Assembly (NCBI GenBank): GCA_021161835.1
Contig: JAGGZV010000051.1
Location: forward strand, 4,688 to 68,687
DNA: 64,000 nucleotides
Direction of reading: 5' to 3'
Source of the DNA: Thermotogota bacterium
Lineage (GTDB): Bacteria; Thermotogota; Thermotogae; UBA12178
This document shows positions 49,009 to 57,029 of this stretch, in pieces. The notes beneath the pieces are model-generated. The model did no database searches. It saw only the letters and a program-made list of their open reading frames with translations, and was not told the origin of the DNA. The number at the start of each line of letters is the position of its first letter. Within the stretch, counting starts at the first letter, position 1. The position numbers and the translations under genes are program-made.

Positions 49009-50675
49009 AGATAGATAAAGCGATCGTTTATCTAACACTCGATCCTGAAAAAGCGAAAGAAAAGAATCTGCCTGTCAAGTTACCCCTGTTGATCGAGGAT
49101 TTCGTTGAAGTTGTGGAGAAGAACGAGATACCGATAGAATATGTGATAAGAGGTCTGGAAGCCCAGTATCGTGTGGAGAAGGACGAATACTGGGCTTCCT
49201 ATCTTGTTTATTTCTACTACGAGCTCTTCAAGCTAAAGCTCTCGGAATCTCCCGATAAAGCTCTGGAGTTGCTTGAGAAAGCAAAAAAAGTGAAATACGA
49301 TCATCGTTATCATTTCTATAAAGGGTTGTTGTACAAAAGAAAAGGATATTTAGAAGAAGCCGAAGTGGAATTGAACAGAGCAACGGAAATGTCTCCTGAT
49401 TTTTATCCTGCGTGGTTCGAGCTTGGCGAGGTAGCCATGAACCGAGGGGATTTCGACGATGCGCTGAAGTACTATCAGAAGGCCGCACAATCCAACCGAT
49501 CTTTTCTCCCTGCATTTCTTAAAATCTCAGATGTTTACGCCGAGAAGGGGCTTCACGATCAGGCGCGTCTTATCCTCGAAAAGATCGTGGAAGCTGATCC
49601 CAATTTTTCCCCTGCCCTACTGCGTCTGGGGGTCATGGAAAACGTACTCCAGAGGTTTGAAAATGCCGTTCGATACTTCAAAAAGGCACTTGAAGTGGAT
49701 CCTGGCAACTGGCAGCTTCACTACAATCTCGCTTATTCTCTGAGCAAGTTGGGGCATCATCTGGAGGCCCTTCAGCACTTGAAAAAGGCGTACGCGTTGA
49801 ATGGCGAAGATTTCATCGTCAACGAATTGATGATCCAGGAAAGAAACATGGGATTGTTCGAAGAAAGCGTGAATCTGGCTAGAAAACTCCTGGGTAAAGA
49901 AAGTACTTTCAGAAAGAACGCTTTGAAGACGTTGTATCTTTCAGGCGACTTCAAAGGCGTGATGGAAAACATCGATTTCTTGGAGAAAGATGCGGAGCTT
50001 CTGGAACTGCTTGCTCTATCGGCCTTTGAATCGGGCGATTTTGAAACATTCTTGGACATCGCATCATCGTGCAACGAAAGTTTGCTGATCGAATCGCTCA
50101 GAGAGCTGCTCGTGAAAGGTGATCTCGTGGAAGGTGAAGACGTGAGTCTTGAGGAGACGGTGACTTCTTTTGAAGCGTTGAAATTACCGTTCTCCATGAA
50201 AAAGCGTCTTGACGCTTTCATGGGGGGATTTCTGGATGTGGAAGAATATTGTGAACCGCGCTTTGTGGGTACAATGACGAAGTATGTGAAAAAATTCGGT
50301 TGCAGATTTTCCGCGCTTTACAGATGGCTTACGAAGGTTTTCATGGTGTTCTATGGATGTGGAGAAGCACTGGCGTTTGGCAGGATACTGTACAGGTTGT
50401 ACCAGCGTGGTGTGCTCAATCTGGGATACGATCTTGACGGTTTCGTGGATGAGGTGGTGGAAGAACTCAAAGATCTTTCGTGGAAAGTAGCCCGTTCTCT
50501 TGTAGATATTCTGGAAAGACCCCGTGATGCGGAGGAAATGGCGAATGTGGAATGTGGGAACTTCGTTGATCTCACTGTGGGATTACTCATTCTCTTGGAA
50601 GACGGGTGGAACGAGGCTATAATGGATAAAGAACTGGAGAAAGTTTATAGGGAGGTGAAGGAATGGTTCAGGTAG
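49005..50675 (+). CDS. TPR-repeat protein with uncharacterised C-terminal half
   Basis: 556 aa. TPR-like repeats span about aa 90-290 (e.g. AWFELGEVAMNRGDFDDALKYYQKAAQ, LHYNLAYSLSKLGHHLEALQHLKKA). The C-terminal part of about 230 aa has no motif. Confidence 0.7.
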   Translation: MKIDKAIVYLTLDPEKAKEKNLPVKLPLLIEDFVEVVEKNEIPIEYVIRGLEAQYRVEKDEYWASYLVYFYYELFKLKLSESPDKALELLEKAKKVKYDHRYHFYKGLLYKRKGYLEEAEVELNRATEMSPDFYPAWFELGEVAMNRGDFDDALKYYQKAAQSNRSFLPAFLKISDVYAEKGLHDQARLILEKIVEADPNFSPALLRLGVMENVLQRFENAVRYFKKALEVDPGNWQLHYNLAYSLSKLGHHLEALQHLKKAYALNGEDFIVNELMIQERNMGLFEESVNLARKLLGKESTFRKNALKTLYLSGDFKGVMENIDFLEKDAELLELLALSAFESGDFETFLDIASSCNESLLIESLRELLVKGDLVEGEDVSLEETVTSFEALKLPFSMKKRLDAFMGGFLDVEEYCEPRFVGTMTKYVKKFGCRFSALYRWLTKVFMVFYGCGEALAFGRILYRLYQRGVLNLGYDLDGFVDEVVEELKDLSWKVARSLVDILERPRDAEEMANVECGNFVDLTVGLLILLEDGWNEAIMDKELEKVYREVKEWFR

Positions 50676-51877
50676 ATAGACAGGATCTCGTGAGTGAACT
50701 CGCCGTTAAATCCGATACCAAGCTTTTGCTACTCGTTCTTGATGGTGTGGGTGATACTCCCGGTGATAGAGGAAAGACACCGCTCATGGTTGCGAAAACC
50801 CCCAATCTGGATGAACTGGCCAGGAAGAGTGAGCTTGGTCAAACCATCCCCGTTTTGATGGGTATAACGCCGGGAAGCGGTCCAGGACATCTCTCGTTGT
50901 TCGGTTACGATCCCTTGAAGTATCAGATAGGAAGGGGCATTCTGGAAGCTCTGGGAATAAACGTTGATGTGGGTGAAAAGGATCTTGTGGCACGTGCAAA
51001 CTTCGCAACAGTGGAAGGCGATACCGTTGTGGACAGACGAGCAGGACGTCCGTCCACCGAGGAGAGTTCTAAAGTGGTTGCCAGACTTTCTGAGAAAATA
51101 CGGGAGATAGAGGGTATCAAAATTTCACTGTATCCTGGTAAGGAACACAGGTTCGTCGTTAAGTTTACGGGAGATGGTCTGGACGAGAGAATAACCGATG
51201 CCGACCCTCAGAAGAACGGTAAGCCCATCGTGTGGAGTGAGCCCCTTGTTCCTGAAGCAACTTTCACTGCCAGGATCGTCAACGAATTTCTGAAAACACT
51301 CCGTGAAGTACTCAAAGATGAGACCAGAATGAATTTCGCATTGTTGAGAGGTTTCTCGAAGTACCCACGACTTCCCAATTTTCAGGATGTTTACAAGCTC
51401 AAAGCTTGTGCGATAGCAACCTATCCCATGTACAGGGGTATAGCAAAGCTTGTGGGGATGGAAGTGGTGGACTGTGGCCCGACCATAGCCGATGAGGTAG
51501 AAGTGTTGAGAAAACATTATCAGGATTTCGATTTCTTCTATTTCCACGTCAAGAAAACCGACTCGTATGGCGAAGATGGAAATTTCGATGCAAAGGTGAA
51601 GGTGATAGAGGAATTGGATGAAAAATTACCTGATATCCTGGATCTTGGGTTCGACGTCGTGGTGGTCACGGGTGATCATTCCACCCCCATAATTCAGAAA
51701 GGCCACAGCTGGCACCCGGTGCCCTTTATGATATATTCCAGGTATGCGAGGTATGGTTTAAGCGAGAAGTTCGACGAATTCGAGTGTGCCCGTGGGGTAC
51801 TTGGCACTTTTTATGCTCTGGATGTAATGTCGCTTATGATGGCACATGCTCAGCGGCTTGAAAAATACGGAGCTTAA
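50663..51877 (+). CDS. apgM: Cofactor-independent phosphoglycerate mutase, archaeal-type (ApgM family)
   Basis: 404 aa with LLLLVLDGVGD, GSGPGHLSLFGYDP, HVKKTDSYGEDGN and VVVTGDHSTP. Confidence 0.85.
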   Translation: MVQVDRQDLVSELAVKSDTKLLLLVLDGVGDTPGDRGKTPLMVAKTPNLDELARKSELGQTIPVLMGITPGSGPGHLSLFGYDPLKYQIGRGILEALGINVDVGEKDLVARANFATVEGDTVVDRRAGRPSTEESSKVVARLSEKIREIEGIKISLYPGKEHRFVVKFTGDGLDERITDADPQKNGKPIVWSEPLVPEATFTARIVNEFLKTLREVLKDETRMNFALLRGFSKYPRLPNFQDVYKLKACAIATYPMYRGIAKLVGMEVVDCGPTIADEVEVLRKHYQDFDFFYFHVKKTDSYGEDGNFDAKVKVIEELDEKLPDILDLGFDVVVVTGDHSTPIIQKGHSWHPVPFMIYSRYARYGLSEKFDEFECARGVLGTFYALDVMSLMMAHAQRLEKYGA

Positions 51878-53219
51878 TCGCTTTCCCTTTTTCCTGCTTT
51901 TTCTTTCCATGGGAGCTGCCCTGATGGGTGGCCCCTTTATGTTGTTGATCCTATTTCTCGTTACTTTCCTCTGTGTTTTCAAGATGGTCGATTTCAGGGT
52001 GTTGATTCTGGTATTCGTGGGAATGGGGATAATTTTTCTCTGGTCAATTTGCTATACTCCTCTTCCCCATGTTCAGGAGTTGCTGGGCAGGGTTGTAAGA
52101 TCGAGAGAAAATTATTTCATACTGAATGATGTGAAATATCCCGATCGTGATACGTGGAGAGAATACCCTTTTCCTGTAAAAGTTGTTGGGAGGCACGGTG
52201 CGAACTTCGGTGAATACGTGCATGTGATCGTAAGGAGAGTGGAAGATTCGGGTTTCATATCGGTAGTTTCTGCAAATCGTGTGAGTTCCGTACGTGTGTA
52301 TCTAAACTTCATAGATATAGTTTATGCGTGGTTCTATAGGGTTTTCGAAAGGATCCTTGGCTATCTCTACACCATTTTTCAGAACGATTCGCCTGTCATC
52401 GAGGGTCTACTCCTGGGAAGATATCATGAAGAACTTCGCGATTATCGCGATGTCGGTGTAGGGCATCTATTCGCTGTATCTGGCATGCACGTTTATTTCA
52501 TGGCTGCGATTGTGATGGTCTTCGTCCGTCACATTTTCATCAAACGTGCGTTGCGACTGATAATTCCTCCTTTGGTAATCTGGTTCTATGTTGGAGTGAT
52601 AAACTTCCCACCCTCGGCTGTGAGAGCTGCTGCCATGTTCAGTGTTTACAATTTCTTCAGGCTCATGGACCGTTACATTCACCCTCTGAACGTTCTGGGA
52701 CTGGTAGGGACGGTAAATCTTCTGCTGTGGCCTCATCAGATTCATGAACCTTCCTTCCAGCTTTCGTACATGGCAACTTTCGGTATACTAACGGCGGGAA
52801 GAAATCTGGCCGGAAGGTACGGAAGGGGATTTCTTGGGAATCTGTGGGATACGGTAGTTTATACTCTCTCTGCACAGGTAATGGTATTACCCGTTTCCGT
52901 GATGACTTTCAGAATCTTACATCCCTATGGCTGGCTGGCAACTATTTTGCTTGCTCATTTACTTCCCTTTTTACTCGTTGGTGGGATAGCGGTGTTGATG
53001 GCTAGTTATTTTGAACTTGCTCCTCTTGTTGACCTCCTCAAAAACGGTTGTTCGGTTTTTATAAAGCTTTCCAACATGCTGGTGAGCGCGGTAAGCAAAT
53101 TACCCTTTTCCAGCGTGAGGATAAGCGAGCCCTGGATGTTTTACCTGCTCTCATCATTGTCCATTTTTTCCGTTATACTTTTCATCTCATTTTCCTGGCA
53201 GGAAGGACAAAGACCGTAG
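51846..53219 (+). CDS. comEC: ComEC/Rec2 family DNA internalisation channel, short form (no C-terminal MBL domain)
   Basis: Competence-domain motif DVGVGHLFAVSGMHV, multiple TM helices, and an N-terminal OB-like soluble insert. The start (ATG 51846 or TTG 51858) overlaps the apgM end. Confidence 0.8.
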   Translation: MLSGLKNTELNRFPFFLLFLSMGAALMGGPFMLLILFLVTFLCVFKMVDFRVLILVFVGMGIIFLWSICYTPLPHVQELLGRVVRSRENYFILNDVKYPDRDTWREYPFPVKVVGRHGANFGEYVHVIVRRVEDSGFISVVSANRVSSVRVYLNFIDIVYAWFYRVFERILGYLYTIFQNDSPVIEGLLLGRYHEELRDYRDVGVGHLFAVSGMHVYFMAAIVMVFVRHIFIKRALRLIIPPLVIWFYVGVINFPPSAVRAAAMFSVYNFFRLMDRYIHPLNVLGLVGTVNLLLWPHQIHEPSFQLSYMATFGILTAGRNLAGRYGRGFLGNLWDTVVYTLSAQVMVLPVSVMTFRILHPYGWLATILLAHLLPFLLVGGIAVLMASYFELAPLVDLLKNGCSVFIKLSNMLVSAVSKLPFSSVRISEPWMFYLLSSLSIFSVILFISFSWQEGQRP

Positions 53220-53608
53220 AGAATGATACTGTAGTTGTTCACAAAAAATCCCATTTTTTCAGCTTTTTTGAAGAGCTCGCTCACTTCCTCGAACTTGAGA
53301 TCGATGATCTTCCCACATCTGGTACACACCGCATGGTGATGGTTGGAAGACGGTTCGGAAAGTTCATATCTGTACACGCCACCGTTGAATTCCAGCTTTC
53401 TAAGTATTCCTATACCCGTGAGCAGTTCCAGCGTTCTATAAACCGTTGATTTGCTTATAGGTTTCTTTCGTTTCAAAAGCAGATTGTAAACATCATCGGC
53501 CCCCAGATGATCACCGTATTCTTCGAATATTTTCAGTATTGCTTCCCGCTGTGCAGTTACTCTACTTCCCTGCTCTCGCAGTTTCTTGCGCATAAAGTCT
53601 TTCAACAC
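53141..53608 (-). CDS. fur: Fur-family metalloregulator (Fur/Zur/PerR)
   Basis: RVTAQREAILKIF...STVYRTLELL...HHHAVCTRCGKIIDL...CPSC. GTG start 7 nt after SD GAGGAGGGG. Confidence 0.88.
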   Translation of the reverse strand: MLKDFMRKKLREQGSRVTAQREAILKIFEEYGDHLGADDVYNLLLKRKKPISKSTVYRTLELLTGIGILRKLEFNGGVYRYELSEPSSNHHHAVCTRCGKIIDLKFEEVSELFKKAEKMGFFVNNYSIILYGLCPSCQENEMKSITEKMDNDESR

Positions 53609-53634
53609 TCCAAAACCCCTCCTCGAAGAGGCTG

Positions 53635-53652
53635 GTTATAAAAAAATATAAC
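53635..53652. promoter_or_regulatory. Inverted repeat GTTATA-A6-TATAAC upstream of fur (candidate autoregulatory operator overlapping a -10-like TATATT on the minus strand)
   Basis: Read directly: GTTATAAAAAAATATAAC, 27-44 nt upstream of fur GTG 53608, in an AT-rich block of about 80 nt. Confidence 0.3.
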
Positions 53653-53756
53653 ACAAAAATTTAAAAAAATAATTTCTAATAAATTTCGCGATATAATCTC
53701 TCCGAAATGTTATGAAAGTATACCACAAGAATGGTGAGTTTCTTCATGCGTATCTT

Positions 53757-53785
53757 TTGTACCGAACAGTGTGATAGAATAATAT
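53757..53785 (+). promoter_or_regulatory. Putative promoter for tRNA-Ala
   Basis: TTGTAC (53757-53762), a 17-nt spacer, then TAATAT (53780-53785). Alternatively an extended -10, TGATAGAAT (53772-53780). It lies directly upstream of the tRNA 5' end. Confidence 0.35.
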
Positions 53786-53789
53786 ATGT

Positions 53790-53865
53790 GGGGTCGTGGC
53801 GCAGTCGGGAGCGCGCTGCCCTCGCATGGCAGAGGTCGTGGGTTCGAATCCCATCGACTCCACCA
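53790..53865 (+). tRNA. tRNA-Ala (anticodon CGC), CCA encoded
   Basis: Hand-folded cloverleaf. Acceptor GGGGTCG/CGACTCC with G3:U70; D arm GCGC/GCGC; anticodon stem CTGCC/GGCAG with loop CTCGCAT; T arm GTGGG-TTCGAAT-CCCAT; 3' ACCA. 76 nt. Confidence 0.93.
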
Positions 53866-53867
53866 TG

Positions 53868-53898
53868 AGGGGACCGTGTAAGGTCCCCTTGATTTTTG
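53868..53898 (+). terminator. Rho-independent terminator after tRNA-Ala
   Basis: 8-bp stem AGGGGACC / GGTCCCCT with a 6-nt loop, followed by TGATTTTTGTT. Confidence 0.75.
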
Positions 53899-53916
53899 TT
53901 AACCGAGGTGATTTGT

Positions 53917-54525
53917 ATGAGTGAAAAATTTGAACATTACTATGTGGAAAAACCTTCATCACCTTTGAAAGTCAGGAAGGTCAGGCTGGTATTAAAGAAC
54001 GGACACGAGTATTTCTTCAAGTCTCCCAGTGGTGTTTATGCTTTTGGTTTTGTCGATAGAGCAACACGTGTTCTACTGGAGTACATGAGGGTTCACGGAA
54101 AGACTCTTCTTGACCTGGGGTGTGGTTACGGTGTCATAGGCATAGTAGTTAAAAAAGAATATCCCGATGTTGAAGTGTTCATGAGTGACATAAACGAACG
54201 TGCCGTTGAGTTTGCAAAGATGAATGTCAAGGACAACAATGTGGAAATTGAGGTGCGACAAGGCGATCTTTACGAACCTTGGAAAGATATGAGGTTCGAT
54301 CAGATAGTTTCCAATCCACCAATAGTTGCCGGAAAGAGGGTGTGGATGAAGCTGGTGGAAGAGGCCCTCGATCACCTGAACCCTGAGGGTTCATTACAGC
54401 TGGTTGCCTTTCACAACAAAGGTGGGCGCAGGATAAGGGATTACATGAAAGAAGTGTTTGGAAATGTGGAAGAATTATGTAAATCCGGTGGTATACGGGT
54501 GTACATTTCGTACAAACGCTCGTGA
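53917..54525 (+). CDS. Class I SAM-dependent methyltransferase (RsmC/small-domain rRNA methyltransferase-like)
   Basis: LLDLGCGYGVIG (motif I) and IVSNPPI (motif IV). ATG 53917 is preferred over the ORF-track start at 53896, which lies inside the terminator tail. Confidence 0.75.
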   Translation: MSEKFEHYYVEKPSSPLKVRKVRLVLKNGHEYFFKSPSGVYAFGFVDRATRVLLEYMRVHGKTLLDLGCGYGVIGIVVKKEYPDVEVFMSDINERAVEFAKMNVKDNNVEIEVRQGDLYEPWKDMRFDQIVSNPPIVAGKRVWMKLVEEALDHLNPEGSLQLVAFHNKGGRRIRDYMKEVFGNVEELCKSGGIRVYISYKRS

Positions 54526-54538
54526 GGAGGGATGGAGT

Positions 54539-55201
54539 TTGAAAAAAATCGCGGTTTTCGATATGGATGGAGTTCTCGTGGACTCTGAGATCGTGTATTT
54601 TCGTTCCATAAGCGAGGTGGTGGATTCTTTCGGCGGGCGATTGACGAAGATGCTTTTCAGGAAAGTTATGGGAATACCCATGGAAAAAGGCGGGGCTGAG
54701 AAAGTTATTGAACTAACAGGTATCAACGCGACGCGTGAAGAGTTCTTGAGGAGAATACGGAGAAGTTACCATAAGTACTTCTCAACGTCCATGGAACCCA
54801 GACCTGGCATTAGAGAATTACTGGAAAAACTGAAGGACATGGAAGTCAAAATATGTGTTGCAACTTCGACTTTTAGGGATGCTGCGTTGGAAAGATTGAG
54901 GCGCATAAACGTTTTAAAATACGTGGATAAAGCGGTTTTCGGGAATGAGGTAGAAAAAAGCAAACCGGATCCCGAGATATTTCTTTTGCTTCTCAAAAAA
55001 GTGGGAGGTTCTCCAGAAGAAATGGTGGTATTCGAAGATTCTGTGAATGGAGTCAAATCCGCGAAAGCGGCAGGTCTGGATGTTTACGGCGTCCTGCACG
55101 AATTCAACTCTCGTGGAGATCTGATGATGGCTGGTGCCCTGGATGTTTTCGAATTGCCGAAGGATGTAGAAAAGATGCTACGGTTGTTCCAGGGTTTATA
55201 A
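54539..55201 (+). CDS. HAD-IA family hydrolase (beta-phosphoglucomutase/phosphatase-like)
   Basis: AVFDMDGVLVDSE, VATSTFR, and FEDSVNGVKSAKAAGL. TTG 54539 lies 7 nt after SD GAGGAGGG. Confidence 0.8.
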   Translation: MKKIAVFDMDGVLVDSEIVYFRSISEVVDSFGGRLTKMLFRKVMGIPMEKGGAEKVIELTGINATREEFLRRIRRSYHKYFSTSMEPRPGIRELLEKLKDMEVKICVATSTFRDAALERLRRINVLKYVDKAVFGNEVEKSKPDPEIFLLLLKKVGGSPEEMVVFEDSVNGVKSAKAAGLDVYGVLHEFNSRGDLMMAGALDVFELPKDVEKMLRLFQGL

Positions 55202-55233
55202 TCTATGTGGTTTACCAGAAGGAGGGGGTGCTG

Positions 55234-56226
55234 TTGAAGGAATACGAAGAAATAAAAGAATTGGTGAAAAAGAGTGGATCGATACTCATAGCGGGGCACA
55301 TAATGCCGGATGGAGATTGCATAAGCAGTGTTCTATCGGCTGGTGTGGGGTTCGAGAGACTTGGAAAAAAGGTTCTAATGATTGTGGATGATGAAATACC
55401 TTGGTATTACTATGAATTTCCGGATGTGGCCAGGATAAGGACCGCCGATGCGTTGCCAGATTTTGATTACGATCTTATAGTTGTTCTGGATGCTTCAACA
55501 CCTGATAGGGTGGGCAGAGTGCAAAAGGTGCTTGGCACAAAAACCACCGTGGTTATGGATCATCACGGTACTAACACCATGTTCGGTGACGTCAATCTGG
55601 TAATCCCTACAATAGGTTCCACCGCCCAACTGGTGTTCATGCTGAACAAAAAGCTGGGTGTGCATTATGATCCATTACTGGCAACTTACAACTTTATGGG
55701 TATAGCAACTGATACTGGTTTTTTCCGCTATTCCAATGCAGATCTGAAGGTGTTTGAAGATGCGGCTGAGCTCGTGGGATTTGGCGCCAGACCCAATGAT
55801 ATATCCAATGCTATCCTCGAGAACAGACTTCCTGAAGAGCTCAAGCTGTTCGCTGATGTGGTGGCTAACATGAAACTGGAATGCGATGGGATGCTTGCGT
55901 ATTCTTATGTAAGCCGGGAAATGTTCGAAAAATATGGTCTTCCCGATCACAGTGCGAGTGGGTTCGTATCCGAACTTCGTGCCATGAAAGGCGTAGAAGT
56001 TGCTATACTGTTTACTGAACGCAGTGATGGTTCCATCCATGCAAGCATGAGATCCAAAAAGATGTTCGATCTGCGCGAGGTTGCCGTTCGTTTCGGAGGG
56101 GGTGGCCATCCTCAGGCTGCGGGTTTCTCTGTGAAGGGTAGAACGCTCTCTCAGGTTATTGATGAGGTTATTCCCTATGTGGTCAAACAACTGAAGAAGG
56201 CGGCTGCCAGGGGGGGATTACTCTGA
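55234..56226 (+). CDS. nrnA: DHH/DHHA1 phosphoesterase (NrnA-like nanoRNase / pAp phosphatase)
   Basis: GHIMPDGDCISS, VVLDAS, MDHHGTN and GGGHPQAAGF. TTG 55234 follows SD AAGGAGGGGG; the ORF track starts at GTG 55207. Confidence 0.8.
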   Translation: MKEYEEIKELVKKSGSILIAGHIMPDGDCISSVLSAGVGFERLGKKVLMIVDDEIPWYYYEFPDVARIRTADALPDFDYDLIVVLDASTPDRVGRVQKVLGTKTTVVMDHHGTNTMFGDVNLVIPTIGSTAQLVFMLNKKLGVHYDPLLATYNFMGIATDTGFFRYSNADLKVFEDAAELVGFGARPNDISNAILENRLPEELKLFADVVANMKLECDGMLAYSYVSREMFEKYGLPDHSASGFVSELRAMKGVEVAILFTERSDGSIHASMRSKKMFDLREVAVRFGGGGHPQAAGFSVKGRTLSQVIDEVIPYVVKQLKKAAARGGLL

Positions 56227-56243
56227 AATTCCGGTATCGTGCT

Positions 56244-57023
56244 TTGGCGGTCATCTTGGTTATGCTTCTTTCTTTTTCACTTTCTCTATCGTTGAAGATA
56301 GCGGTGTCGATTAGGCCTCTGGAACTTATGGTCAAAGAAATAGTGGATGGAATGTGTGAAGTCAACGTGATGGTGCCGGAAGGAAGTAATCCCCATACTT
56401 ATTCACTCACTTTGAAAGACAGAAAAACCATCGAGGAAGCTGATGTGGTGTTCATACTGGGTGAAGGGTTTGACGGATGGTTGCGTTCCACAGCGCCGGA
56501 TAAAGTTCATGTTCTTTCGAAAGATTTCAAACAGGAATTTTCCGAAAATGTACATATATGGCTGGATCCGGTCGCAGTGTTGTGGATGGCTTCGAAGATA
56601 CGGGACATCGTGGCAAAGCTGGATCCAGCGAATGCCGAAGCATATCACGAAAATTTTTGCAGATTCGCGTGTACACTGTATAAGAAATGGGAAAGCGTGA
56701 GCTGGAAACCTGATAAACCTGTTCTGGAATTTCATCCTGCTCTGTACCATCTCATCAAAAGGTTGGGTGGAAAACTTCTGTGGATAACATCGGGTCATGG
56801 TGAATCCCTTTCACTGGGGAGACTCAGGAAGCTTATAGCAGAGTGTAAAAAGAATGGTGTAAACACGTTGGTGGTCGAGAAGGATGTGAGTTATGGAATT
56901 GCTGCACCGCTCATCGAGGCGCTAAATCCAAGAATAGTAGAAGTCGATGTGCTGGGCTGGAGTGTGGAGAGCTATACTGACTTGTTAATGTCCATAGTTC
57001 ATACTCTCGAAACCTCGGAATGA
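56244..57023 (+). CDS. Metal ABC transporter substrate-binding protein, cluster A-I (ZnuA/TroA-like), no partner genes adjacent
   Basis: Hydrophobic N-terminus. Blocks GSNPHTYSLTLKD, NVHIWLDP and EFHPALYHLIKRLG match the ZnuA/TroA pattern. TTG start with a weak SD. Confidence 0.65.
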   Translation: MAVILVMLLSFSLSLSLKIAVSIRPLELMVKEIVDGMCEVNVMVPEGSNPHTYSLTLKDRKTIEEADVVFILGEGFDGWLRSTAPDKVHVLSKDFKQEFSENVHIWLDPVAVLWMASKIRDIVAKLDPANAEAYHENFCRFACTLYKKWESVSWKPDKPVLEFHPALYHLIKRLGGKLLWITSGHGESLSLGRLRKLIAECKKNGVNTLVVEKDVSYGIAAPLIEALNPRIVEVDVLGWSVESYTDLLMSIVHTLETSE

Positions 57024-57029
57024 AAAGGG

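Noticed and set aside
53716-53760. A two-tier hairpin (ATGAA...TTCAT enclosing TACCA-CAAGAA-TGGTG) and a 19-codon mini-ORF upstream of tRNA-Ala, considered as a possible small RNA.
   Set aside because: The stems are only 5 bp, there is no terminator or SD, and it overlaps the putative tRNA promoter region. It is indistinguishable from chance in AT-rich DNA.
53744-53962. 72-aa minus-strand ORF overlapping tRNA-Ala.
   Set aside because: It runs antisense through a canonical tRNA and its terminator, so it is an artefact of ORF calling.
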